A stretch of 64,000 nt of DNA from a virus. Positions 36,777-46,469 of the stretch are shown here, piece by piece (positions within the stretch are counted from its first letter, which is position 1; every line of letters begins with the position of its first letter). The DNA is taken from the IMG/VR virus record IMGVR_UViG_3300008117_007749. One strand, written 5' to 3'. The notes under the pieces are model-generated. The model searched no databases and was not told where the DNA came from. It worked only from the letters and a program-made list of their open reading frames with translations. Position numbers and translations under genes: made by a program.

Positions 36777-38500
36777 AACTCAAATTCTCCTCCTTCAGCG
36801 GGCGCTTCTCCTCCTCCTTCAGCAGGTGCCTCTGGAGCATCTTGAGCTCCTGCTTGAGCTTCACCACCACCCTCAACAGGAGCTTCTCCACCTTCAGCCG
36901 GCATTTCTCCTTCAACTGGAGCACCACCTTCAGCACCAGGAGCAGCACCAGCCGCACCAGCAGCCGCTTTATTAGCGGCATCTTTAGCCCAATATCTTTG
37001 GTTTTCAGTTTTTTCTTCAGGTGTTAATTTAAAGACATTATCCATAATCCACTCAATGTGAAAATATGGTTGTTCTCCATTCATAATTCCGGTTAATGTA
37101 GTAACAGCCTCAGCTCTTTTAGCTAAATTATTTATTTTTTTCCATTCTTCAAAAATCTGATTAGTATAGAAAATGATATCAACGCTATTAACAAAAACTT
37201 CATCATCCTTTAACTCAGGAAACTCGATTAGCATTTGTAATTTAAGAGGCTTAACAATAATCTCTTTAAAATTTGCTCTCAATCTACTAATAAAATTATG
37301 AAACTTAATTTCATCTCTTGTCATCTCAGCGGCATCTGTTATTAAGTTACCACCACCCGAGTCACCCTCAAAACGAGTAAGTGGAATTTTTGAAGCTCTT
37401 TTAAGTCCTTGGTGAAACCACTTTAACATTGTTTCATCATTTAAGTCATGTCCCTCTTGTTTAACGATTTCAAATCCCGGTGTTCCGGCATCTCCTTCTG
37501 GAAACCAGATTTGTTTGTTATAGTGTAAGTGCTTAGACCCATTTATTGATAAAGTTCCTAAGGTATCATCCCATTCAACTTCCTCCGAATAGTCATGAAT
37601 TAATTGACCTATCTGTTCTTCTGCTCTTTGACGAGATAAACCTTTAATTGGAATTGTAAATTTTTGCCAAATCATTGCATTTGTTACGTTCCACATAATT
37701 CTTGTTTGTTCAAGAATTTTTAATTGGTTATAAGGCTTGATTAATCCTTCCACATAAGAAGTTTCCGAATAATCATTTTGAGTGGAATATGATATATAAA
37801 TAATCTGAGAATCTAAGAAAATTCTCCTAAGTTGAGGATCTTCTGGAAACTGAATCCAAAGGTGGCCAACATTTGGCTCATAAGCCGGAACTAATGTCTC
37901 GGGTCTCAATCTGTTGAATCCGATAACATTTTTCTTTTTATCATCATAAATTATTTCAATTGCAATATATCCATCAATTAAGAAATCTCTCAACATATTC
38001 CAAGCGGTGATATTATCCGAGAATCCAAATTTTGTGTATAATCTCTCAAAAAATTCTTGATACTTATCTGTTATTTCTTGTGAATAATCAGTAGGCAGCG
38101 GTCTTGGTGAACAAAAGTCTTTATCCTCGTTATAAACTACTGTCTCATCTGATATAGCAGAAACAAAATCTCTAATTTCATCTTTAATTGAATACTCTCT
38201 TAAAATTCTTCTTTTATCAGCATATGACTTATCTAAATAAGGAATTGATTTTCTATTTAAAACTGAAGCAACAGCTCTTTGTGAAAAGAAATCATACATA
38301 GAATTACCCTTTGCTGAGTAAGGATCTTCATTGATTCCAATACCGACTTGATTTTTTATAATCATGTCATCATAGTTCATACCATAATTAGAAAGTGTTC
38401 TTAAGATTCTACTAAATAATCCTTTATTTTCTATTGCTGAGTTATTTCCTATGAAATTCTGACCAAATCCTGATGTATTAAAATTGTTATAAGTAGCCAT
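36773..38500 (-). CDS. Portal protein (T4 gp20-like) with Ala/Gly/Glu/Pro tail
   Basis: FLIDG, SYVEGLIKPYNQLKILE, ASKIPLTRF, EMTRDEIKFHNFISRLR. Confidence 0.92.
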   Translation of the reverse strand: MATYNNFNTSGFGQNFIGNNSAIENKGLFSRILRTLSNYGMNYDDMIIKNQVGIGINEDPYSAKGNSMYDFFSQRAVASVLNRKSIPYLDKSYADKRRILREYSIKDEIRDFVSAISDETVVYNEDKDFCSPRPLPTDYSQEITDKYQEFFERLYTKFGFSDNITAWNMLRDFLIDGYIAIEIIYDDKKKNVIGFNRLRPETLVPAYEPNVGHLWIQFPEDPQLRRIFLDSQIIYISYSTQNDYSETSYVEGLIKPYNQLKILEQTRIMWNVTNAMIWQKFTIPIKGLSRQRAEEQIGQLIHDYSEEVEWDDTLGTLSINGSKHLHYNKQIWFPEGDAGTPGFEIVKQEGHDLNDETMLKWFHQGLKRASKIPLTRFEGDSGGGNLITDAAEMTRDEIKFHNFISRLRANFKEIIVKPLKLQMLIEFPELKDDEVFVNSVDIIFYTNQIFEEWKKINNLAKRAEAVTTLTGIMNGEQPYFHIEWIMDNVFKLTPEEKTENQRYWAKDAANKAAAGAAGAAPGAEGGAPVEGEMPAEGGEAPVEGGGEAQAGAQDAPEAPAEGGGEAPAEGGEFEF

Positions 38501-38555
38501 TTAAAAATGCTAAAATTTTGTGATATATATTAAATTTTTGATATTCCTCCAGAAA

Positions 38556-39203
38556 TTACTTTTTAATAGTTATTGTAATCTCTGCCTGTTTATCACCGTA
38601 TCGGTCCTCTGTTATATTTTTCTCAACATCGAAATCAGAGAAATCTATTCCCCTAAAAAGACCATTCCACTTTCTATCAGTATAACTACCAGGTCCAAAA
38701 CCATTACAATTTACAGTAATTTTAAATTCTTCTTTATTTAATCTTTTCACAATACCATTTACAAAATCACTTTTTGCAGCACTTGTCCTTTTGGACATTT
38801 CATTGTACAATTTTTGAACTTTGAATAAATCGCCTTCTACTTTTGCATTTTGAATAAAACAAACGACAATACCCCATTTCCAACTAGTATTAATTGACAC
38901 CTGGACACTTTCTAAACGATTTTTAAAAGATATAAGTTCATCTAAAAACTCCCAAAACTTATCATCAATTATCATTTCGGTGTAACCACCCATAGGTCCA
39001 GTTTTAAATGAATTTCTGAATATGATATTCATTGAAGTATATCCCTCATATTCACCTTCTGTGATTGTTCTTGGTGGCTGAAAAGAATATTCAATATCCA
39101 AATCCTTTATAGGAAGTAACATCTCATCTAACTCTTCTTTAGAAAGATCTGTTATATCCTGAGATTCATTTAAATGTTGTAAAAACTTATGTAAATATTT
39201 CAT
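38556..39203 (-). CDS. Hypothetical protein (N-terminus MKYLHKFLQHLNES)
   Basis: 215 aa ORF. Confidence 0.7.
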   Translation of the reverse strand: MKYLHKFLQHLNESQDITDLSKEELDEMLLPIKDLDIEYSFQPPRTITEGEYEGYTSMNIIFRNSFKTGPMGGYTEMIIDDKFWEFLDELISFKNRLESVQVSINTSWKWGIVVCFIQNAKVEGDLFKVQKLYNEMSKRTSAAKSDFVNGIVKRLNKEEFKITVNCNGFGPGSYTDRKWNGLFRGIDFSDFDVEKNITEDRYGDKQAEITITIKK

Positions 39204-39898
39204 TATTTATTTTTAAGTTTTTTATCTAATATTTTAGCGACATGGTCACCAATAAAGAAGTGCAGGTTTTTAAGAGTGTCTGTTTCAAACGTCTCTATCT
39301 CATCCATAAAACGAAATTGGTATTTATATATGTCTATTTCATCCTCACTTGTTTTATCAACCTTAGAAATTGACAACTCCATATTATAGTTATTATTTAT
39401 GTTGATTTTAAAGTCAAATGTGGTTTCATCACAAGGAGTTGTTTTAAACTTTGGTTGATACTCAACATCAAAGACCGAATAGTCAGTGATTTTTGCTCTA
39501 CGCATGTAGTAATTTAAAAACATAGCGGGTGCTTCAATAAAGTCTGAAAGAATTTGTAAATCTTGACCAAAATCATTTGAGTCTATGATATCTTCAATTT
39601 TCTTCTTAACATCTAATACATTTTCAAACTCAATTTTGTGATAAACACAATTTATATCATATAAGTAAATAAAAGAATTCTCAATTAGATTTTTTTTATT
39701 TAAATCAACTTTGAATATGTACTTTGTATGTATAATAGAAACATCTTCAGTTTCTAAACCCTGAATAGATATCACCATCTTATAAAACTTTTCATCTGGT
39801 GACATCTCATAAACTATCTCTACGGAAGAAGCAATTCCCTCTTCTTCCTCGAATATCTCTTTAAATAGTTCTTGTATTTCTGAAATTTTAATATCCAT
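39203..39898 (-). CDS. Hypothetical protein
   Basis: 231 aa ORF. Confidence 0.7.
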   Translation of the reverse strand: MDIKISEIQELFKEIFEEEEGIASSVEIVYEMSPDEKFYKMVISIQGLETEDVSIIHTKYIFKVDLNKKNLIENSFIYLYDINCVYHKIEFENVLDVKKKIEDIIDSNDFGQDLQILSDFIEAPAMFLNYYMRRAKITDYSVFDVEYQPKFKTTPCDETTFDFKININNNYNMELSISKVDKTSEDEIDIYKYQFRFMDEIETFETDTLKNLHFFIGDHVAKILDKKLKNK

Positions 39899-39899
39899 A

Positions 39900-40664
39900 T
39901 TATTTAAATTGTTTGTCGTATAATTTTCTTTTCATTTCCATGATTTTTCCGATATATCCATTTCTTCTTAGTAACTTAAATACTAAGTTACCCAATGAAA
40001 ATTCACCACTTTCGGAATCTAATCCACTTTGTCGATAACTTTTTATCTTTTTCCAAACCTTTTTTATCTTTGGTTCTAGTTCATCAAAGTCCTTTTCTTT
40101 AGAATCGGATTCAATATCATCTATAGACATTATAATAGTCTTAGATTTTTCTTTAATCATTCTCTCATTTGGTTTAAAATCAACTTTTTCTGGTTTTTTA
40201 ACCCATTTATCATTCATCAATGAGTAGACTCCTCCCATTTTTCCGGTTTTTAACTCATCACGCATAATTGCATCATCCTGAATACAAACCTCAACCTCAT
40301 AACCCTTTATTTTAATATCATGTTGTTGGTTCCAAATTTTCTTAGCATAATCACATAGTTTTTCAACTAAATCATAGTCTTCATCAACATTTTTATAATC
40401 TATAGTTATATGTAAATCATAGTCTGAATATTTTTCAGACCAATTATAATTACACAGAGATCCACATAAAACTATATCAACAACATCCGTTTTTATTTCA
40501 GTTCCTTCAAAGAAATCCTGAGCAATTTGTAATAACTGTTTTTTAATATCACCGTCCAATTCAAAATTATCCCACAACTTTGAAGGTAATTCATTTTGAA
40601 TCCTAAATGACTTAATTGGAGTAAAAGCTCCTCTTTTAAACTCAAAGAATTTTGTCAATTTCAT
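39900..40664 (-). CDS. Pol-beta superfamily nucleotidyltransferase
   Basis: DIVLCGSLCNYNW...SDYDLHI (hGS...DxD) and a third acidic residue in EVEV. Confidence 0.75.
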   Translation of the reverse strand: MKLTKFFEFKRGAFTPIKSFRIQNELPSKLWDNFELDGDIKKQLLQIAQDFFEGTEIKTDVVDIVLCGSLCNYNWSEKYSDYDLHITIDYKNVDEDYDLVEKLCDYAKKIWNQQHDIKIKGYEVEVCIQDDAIMRDELKTGKMGGVYSLMNDKWVKKPEKVDFKPNERMIKEKSKTIIMSIDDIESDSKEKDFDELEPKIKKVWKKIKSYRQSGLDSESGEFSLGNLVFKLLRRNGYIGKIMEMKRKLYDKQFK

Positions 40665-40716
40665 AGAGTATATATTAAAAAAGAAACTTTTATTTTATTG
40701 ACAATATAATTTATTG

Positions 40717-42552
40717 ATGAAACAGAGACTTTTAATAATTTCTTCTCACTTTTCAACAGGAGGAGCTCCACAATTCACTCTAAATAAAATACAAATTTTA
40801 AAAGACACCTATGATATTTGGTGTATAGAATATGATTTTTTATCATCAGATTTTGTTGTTCAAAGAAATGCTGTTATCGAAATACTTGGCGATAACTTTA
40901 TTCCACTTTATGAAAATAAAGAAAAAATAATTTCAATTATTGATGAATTATCACCAGAATTAATTTTAATTGAAGAGATATCCGAAACATTCATTAAAGA
41001 AGAGATACTTAAAAAGATTTATTGCAGTGAAAGAAATTGGAAAATAATAGAGACAACTCATAGTTCTCATAACAATTCCGGACTTAAAAGATATCTTCCA
41101 GATAAATTTACATTTGTATCTCAGTGGTCATTAGAAATGTACAAACATTTAGGAGTGGATTCGACGGTCATCGAATATCCAATTGATAAAAAAAGTCGAA
41201 ACAAATATAAATCTCAAGTCGAATTAGGACTTGACCCTAATAAAATACACGTCTTAAATGTTGGGTTATTTACTTCCGGAAAAAATCAAGGATACGCATT
41301 TGAAATTGCTAAACATTTTTTAGACAAAAATTACGAATTTCATTTTGTAGGTAACTTAGCGGGTAATTTTCAAGATTATTGGGGTCCAGTAATTGAAAAT
41401 AAACCAGATAATTGTAGAATTTGGGGAGAAAGATCAGATGTCAAAAACTTTATTGAAGCATGTGATGTGTTTCTTTTTACTTCACGATTTGAATTAAATC
41501 CACTCGTCATAAAAGAAACTCTCTGTTATGATATACCGATACTAATGTTCAACTTACAGACATATTGTGGAATCTATAATAATGAACAAAATTGCCATTT
41601 CTTGAAAGGGGATACTAATAAAGACTCAAAATTATTAGAAAATATAATAAAGGAAAATTCTAAACATAAATTTGGATATGTTCTTTATTCAAATGAAAAA
41701 TACTTTGAAATATCGAAATTATGTGCTGAATCAATAAGAAAATCAAGTAATCACCCAATTTATGTCTATCTGATGAATTCAGATAGAGTTTTAGATATAG
41801 AAAACTGCCATACAATAAATTGGATATGTGATTTAGAAGTGGATTCCGAAATGTATAACACTATTGGTGATAACTTTTACATAAATAGAGGAAACTCTAA
41901 CATTTATAAAATGTTAATACAAAGACCAAAAGTAGTCAAAGATGTTTTAGAAAAATATGTAGAAACAGTCGCATATGTAGATAGCGATTCAATTGCTACT
42001 AAATATGTTGATAACATCTTTTCAATGTATCCTAAATATTTAGAATATCCATACTTTGTAGAAGGAGTATATGACTATCTTTTTTACAACGGGAGAGGAG
42101 GAGCTGAAACTAAAGAAGACTTAACAAATACACTAGAGCATCCAGTTTGTGAATTGTATGATATAGATCAGAAAATTAGAGAAAGATATAGACAAACAGG
42201 TTATTTTATCGCTGGTAAAAATACTTTAGATTTTTTACAAGAGTGGTCCGATATGTGTGAAAATCCAATAATATTAGAAAATAACGAATGGTTTGCTCCT
42301 TATAACGAAGAAACTATTTTAAATTGTCTTTTATATAAAAAGAAAATATTAGACGGATTACCTTGTATTTATGTAAATGGAACTTTAGATACGATTGATA
42401 GAGTATATTCAGAAATTGGTTTTTCTGACAAAGATGTAATAGTAGATTCATGGTTACGAATTCCATCAAAAAAAGAAAACTTACTATTCATACACGGCGA
42501 AAAAAACTTACCAATACTAAATAAAATGATAAAAAAATTAGAAGAAATATGA
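40717..42552 (+). CDS. Bifunctional glycosyltransferase (GT-B/GT4-like N-terminal, GT-A/DxD C-terminal)
   Basis: STGGAPQ, NVGLFTSGKNQ, DVFLFTSRFELNPLVIKE; second half YVDSDSI and NEETILN. Confidence 0.8.
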   Translation: MKQRLLIISSHFSTGGAPQFTLNKIQILKDTYDIWCIEYDFLSSDFVVQRNAVIEILGDNFIPLYENKEKIISIIDELSPELILIEEISETFIKEEILKKIYCSERNWKIIETTHSSHNNSGLKRYLPDKFTFVSQWSLEMYKHLGVDSTVIEYPIDKKSRNKYKSQVELGLDPNKIHVLNVGLFTSGKNQGYAFEIAKHFLDKNYEFHFVGNLAGNFQDYWGPVIENKPDNCRIWGERSDVKNFIEACDVFLFTSRFELNPLVIKETLCYDIPILMFNLQTYCGIYNNEQNCHFLKGDTNKDSKLLENIIKENSKHKFGYVLYSNEKYFEISKLCAESIRKSSNHPIYVYLMNSDRVLDIENCHTINWICDLEVDSEMYNTIGDNFYINRGNSNIYKMLIQRPKVVKDVLEKYVETVAYVDSDSIATKYVDNIFSMYPKYLEYPYFVEGVYDYLFYNGRGGAETKEDLTNTLEHPVCELYDIDQKIRERYRQTGYFIAGKNTLDFLQEWSDMCENPIILENNEWFAPYNEETILNCLLYKKKILDGLPCIYVNGTLDTIDRVYSEIGFSDKDVIVDSWLRIPSKKENLLFIHGEKNLPILNKMIKKLEEI

Positions 42553-44351
42553 ATTCAAAAGAAACTAAACAAAGATATATTGATGAGTTTAACTCAACTG
42601 AGTTAATAAAAAAACAAACAATTGAAGACAACGTTTCATTTAATCTACACTTTGTTCAAAAGGCATTCTTTGAAGTTGTTGGTAATTCAAAGAAAAAGTA
42701 TCCAGTCTTTTTCTTTGATGGAGAAAATAATTTAGTTTATAAAACTGATTTAAGTTCAGGAATGTGGGCATCTCCAAGTAAAACCTATTTTGAGAAATGG
42801 AGAATTGTCGTTGATGACTCAGGTAAGTTAATAGAATTTAATTATGACTGCACAGGAAAAAGAGTCTATATAAGCATGGATTCATCTTCATTAGGAGACA
42901 CTATCGCTTGGATGCCTTATATTGATGAATTTAGAAAAAAATGGAATTGTCATGTAATCACATCAACATTTTGGAATAAATTATTTAGGAATTCTTATCC
43001 TGAAATAGAGTTTATAGATCCAGGAGTTGTAGTTCATAACCTTTATGCTATGTATGTTTTAGGATGGTTCTGGAATAAAGACAAAGAGCCGGAAGAACCA
43101 AATACAATACCTTTACAAAAAGCGGCCTCTAATATATTAGGATTAGAATTTAAAGAAATTAAACCTGAAATTGACTTCGTGCCTGGTCAAAATCCATATA
43201 AAGAAAAATATGTAGTTATTGCACCACACTCAACATCTGGTCTTAAATACTGGAATAATCTAACTGGATGGCAAGAAGTTATAAACTATCTAAACGGATC
43301 TGGATACAAAGTCGTAAATATATCAAAAGATTCGGTAGAATACTACGGAGTTGAAAATTTATTAGATACTAGCATAGAATATACAATGAATGTGATTCAC
43401 CACAGTGAGTTTATGATTGGTTTATCGAGTGGACTTTCATGGTTGTCATGGGCATTAGGAAAACATGTTGTCATGATTTCTAATTTTACAACATCAGACC
43501 ACGAATTTCAATCAAACTGTAGTAGAATTATTGATAGAAGTGTTTGTTCTGGATGTTGGAATAAAAGTGAGTTTAGATTTGATAAAGGCGACTGGAATTG
43601 GTGTCCTGTCCATAAAGGAACCGACAGACAATTTGAATGTCACAAAAAGATTACCGGTCAAATGGTAATCAATAGAATCAAAAGTATTGATAAATTAAAT
43701 AACTTCGAATGGGGATGGATGAAAGATAATTTGAATCAAAAAGAAATACTTATCAAAGAAATATTTGAAGACAAAATTTATGAAAGATTTTTTCAAATTG
43801 AAAAAGGTGATGTTGTTATGGATATTGGAAGTTCAGTAGGTCCATTTCCTTACTCAGCTGGTGAAAAAATTAAACACGTGTATTGTTTAGAACCAAGCGA
43901 TGTGGAATTTGATACTTTATTGGAAAATATGAAAGATATTTCATCCACCTGTTTGAAGCTGGGAATATCCGATGAAACAGGAATAACCGATGGTGATTAT
44001 ATTTACGGAGGACAACAAAAAATGGAATGTATTTCATTCAGTGACCTGATTGAAAAATATAATATTAATAAAATTGACTTCTTAAAAACGGACTGCGAAG
44101 GTGGTGAATATGACATCTTTAATTCAAAAAATATTGAATGGATTAAAAGTAATGTGAGTAAGATTTCTGGAGAATGGCACTTGGGAAATAATTTAAAGGA
44201 AAAATTTAGAAAGTTTAGAGATGAAATATTAGTTCAATTTCCAAACTACGAGGTTTATTCTTTAGATGGATACAATGTAAAATGGGACTTATTCAATGAT
44301 CACTTTTTAGAATACTTTACAGAAGTAATTATACACATAAAAAATTATTAA
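42549..44351 (+). CDS. TibC/Aah-like (autotransporter O-heptosyltransferase family) glycosyltransferase fused to an FkbM methyltransferase
   Basis: SSLGDTIAWMPY, FMIGLSSGLSWLSWALGKHVVMISNFT, four-Cys motif CSGCWN...WCPVHKGTDRQFEC; C-terminal MDIGSSVG...IDFLKTDCEGGEY. Confidence 0.8.
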   Translation: MNSKETKQRYIDEFNSTELIKKQTIEDNVSFNLHFVQKAFFEVVGNSKKKYPVFFFDGENNLVYKTDLSSGMWASPSKTYFEKWRIVVDDSGKLIEFNYDCTGKRVYISMDSSSLGDTIAWMPYIDEFRKKWNCHVITSTFWNKLFRNSYPEIEFIDPGVVVHNLYAMYVLGWFWNKDKEPEEPNTIPLQKAASNILGLEFKEIKPEIDFVPGQNPYKEKYVVIAPHSTSGLKYWNNLTGWQEVINYLNGSGYKVVNISKDSVEYYGVENLLDTSIEYTMNVIHHSEFMIGLSSGLSWLSWALGKHVVMISNFTTSDHEFQSNCSRIIDRSVCSGCWNKSEFRFDKGDWNWCPVHKGTDRQFECHKKITGQMVINRIKSIDKLNNFEWGWMKDNLNQKEILIKEIFEDKIYERFFQIEKGDVVMDIGSSVGPFPYSAGEKIKHVYCLEPSDVEFDTLLENMKDISSTCLKLGISDETGITDGDYIYGGQQKMECISFSDLIEKYNINKIDFLKTDCEGGEYDIFNSKNIEWIKSNVSKISGEWHLGNNLKEKFRKFRDEILVQFPNYEVYSLDGYNVKWDLFNDHFLEYFTEVIIHIKNY

Positions 44352-44356
44352 TAAAA

Positions 44357-44728
44357 ATGGAAATAGAAGTTTCAATTGGTGAAATAGTTGATAAACTATC
44401 AATATTAGATATAAAAATGAAAAATATCACAAATAATGAAAAATTGAAAAATATTGAAAAAGAATTTATTTATCTGAATAATATAGTTTTTAATCAATTA
44501 AAAATCGAAGAAATTGACTATCAAAAATTAGTTTCTATAAATAAAAAACTTTGGATAATAGAAGATGATATCAGAGATAAGGAAAGAAATAAAGAATTTG
44601 ACGAAAATTTTATAGAACTCGCAAGATTAGTTTATTTCACAAATGATCAAAGAGCTGAAATTAAAAAAGAAATTAATATAAAATATGGATCTTTATTTGT
44701 AGAAGAGAAGTCTTATCAAAAATATTAA
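44357..44728 (+). CDS. DUF6165-like protein
   Basis: EVSIGEIVDKLSILDIK, LWIIEDDIR, FIELARLVYFTNDQRAEIKKEIN, EEKSY. Confidence 0.75.
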   Translation: MEIEVSIGEIVDKLSILDIKMKNITNNEKLKNIEKEFIYLNNIVFNQLKIEEIDYQKLVSINKKLWIIEDDIRDKERNKEFDENFIELARLVYFTNDQRAEIKKEINIKYGSLFVEEKSYQKY

Positions 44729-45369
44729 CGAGGAGGAGCTGGTACAGTAAAGTTACCTGTGGTCAAATTACTTATCTTTATCCACTCACACCTTAACCTA
44801 TCATTAGAGTTTTCCACACCCCCAGCAGCAATAATAAAACCACCGTTAAGAGCTATTTGATTATAGTGTGTCCAATCTATAGATCCGAGAGACTCTTGTG
44901 TTCCAATAATTTGATACTGATCATCAACAGTACCTGAAACTCTGTCTCTAAAAAATAAATCAGTACCTCTACTAAAAGTAGAAGAATTAAAAGTATTGTA
45001 TGGATCAAAAGATCTCGTAGAATTAGTTAAACTAACAATTTGAACTCTTCTAAATATATTACTATATGTAAATGAAGCAGGAGCATAATCACCGTCATAA
45101 GTAGGATTTAATGTACCATGGCAAATTAAACGAGCATTTGTTAGTGTAGCTGATGTATTCCAATATAGTTCAGTGAAATATTTACCACTACTACCCTGTT
45201 TTGAAAAACATGCTTCTATTTGCACAATATCTCCTACACCGAAGTTATTTGGTGGAACTTCAATTGACTTTATCAATGCAGGACCAGAAGCTGTTATGCC
45301 AGTAACCGCCGCGCAATTGCTAATTACATTCCAAGCTTTTCCTAAACTATATGTATTCGTTTCCGCCAT
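44725..45369 (-). CDS. Putative fibre-associated beta-sandwich protein (paralogue 1)
   Basis: Shares (V/I)PxxxxxxxDV, YWNxxxxL and (I/V)(D/N)W patterns with the two upstream genes. Confidence 0.6.
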   Translation of the reverse strand: MAETNTYSLGKAWNVISNCAAVTGITASGPALIKSIEVPPNNFGVGDIVQIEACFSKQGSSGKYFTELYWNTSATLTNARLICHGTLNPTYDGDYAPASFTYSNIFRRVQIVSLTNSTRSFDPYNTFNSSTFSRGTDLFFRDRVSGTVDDQYQIIGTQESLGSIDWTHYNQIALNGGFIIAAGGVENSNDRLRCEWIKISNLTTGNFTVPAPPR

Positions 45370-45376
45370 AATTTTA

Positions 45377-45883
45377 TTATTTTATTATTCCAAAATATCT
45401 TTTTGTCATTGTATCCACTCTATCAGTCGCTAGTATTAAATAACCATCTGTGTTCCAATTTATAGTTGTTATTGTAGTCATATCAATGTTGGTCTCTTCA
45501 CCACCAGTATCACCCAAATCAGTTGCAGTTGTTTGACTAGTACTCCAAACTAAAGTTGTGGTGGAATCCACTATTGCCATTGTTCTATATATCGGACAAT
45601 AGTCATCATTCACACTATTTGTAAGAGATCGAGCCAATAAAATAGGAGTTGTTAAATCATTAGTTTCATTCCAATATACATAACAAGAATACTGAGAATC
45701 ACTTGTTGATGCCCTCTGAACCACTCCTTGTATATTAATAACATCATTTGATTTCAAAGTACCAGCTGGTATAAAAAATGACTCTATAAGAGCTATTTGT
45801 CCATCAGTTGTTGAATCAGTTACAGTAACACCATCAACAAATCCAACAGCACCAGCTACCTCAAAAGTATTAATTTTACCCAT
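45377..45883 (-). CDS. Putative fibre-associated protein (paralogue 2)
   Basis: IPAGTLKSNDVINI, YWNETNDLT, INWNTDGYLIL. Confidence 0.6.
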   Translation of the reverse strand: MGKINTFEVAGAVGFVDGVTVTDSTTDGQIALIESFFIPAGTLKSNDVINIQGVVQRASTSDSQYSCYVYWNETNDLTTPILLARSLTNSVNDDYCPIYRTMAIVDSTTTLVWSTSQTTATDLGDTGGEETNIDMTTITTINWNTDGYLILATDRVDTMTKRYFGIIK

Positions 45884-45884
45884 T

Positions 45885-46451
45885 TTAATTATTTATTTTA
45901 AAATATCTAACCTGTAAAACATCAGAAGCATTATCAACATCTCCACTTACAAGAATCCAAACATCATTTTGCCAATTAACAGATACCAAATCAATACCAC
46001 CTGGTGATTCACCATTCCTACCATTTAATTCACTGCCTCCAAAAGCTAAATCAGTTGTTGCACTTCTAGTGGTATCAAAAGCTATTGTACTGTTAGTTGC
46101 TGATCTTATACCCAATCTTCTATGAAGAGGAAGAGACCGAGAAGTTGAAGTATATAAACACTGAGCTAACTGAGTCGCTCCTGATAAAGAAGCAGTGGTA
46201 CCATACCAAAATCTAAGAGTGCAAGTATTATTAGTAGCGGATTTTGTACCTAAAGTTCTAATATCCAATACCTCATTTGCTATATAAGTTCCTGCCGGAA
46301 CAAGAGTACTATAAAGTAAAACATCAGTCAATGAGCTTGTTGTTATTCCAGTAACTGTGCTACTTATAACTTTTCTAACATCTGGATCACCAGCATCAGC
46401 CGTAATATCAACTGGGCCTAATGGAAGTGTATATGTATTGTATCTACTCAT
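45885..46451 (-). CDS. Putative fibre-associated protein (paralogue 3)
   Basis: VPAGTYIANEVLDI, VNWQNDVWILV; late promoter 4 nt upstream. Confidence 0.6.
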   Translation of the reverse strand: MSRYNTYTLPLGPVDITADAGDPDVRKVISSTVTGITTSSLTDVLLYSTLVPAGTYIANEVLDIRTLGTKSATNNTCTLRFWYGTTASLSGATQLAQCLYTSTSRSLPLHRRLGIRSATNSTIAFDTTRSATTDLAFGGSELNGRNGESPGGIDLVSVNWQNDVWILVSGDVDNASDVLQVRYFKINN

Positions 46452-46469
46452 ACTCTATATATAAATAAT

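Noticed and set aside
40698-40710. TTGACA and TATAAT upstream of the glycosyltransferase as a sigma70 promoter
   Set aside because: The hexamers are 1 nt apart, not about 17
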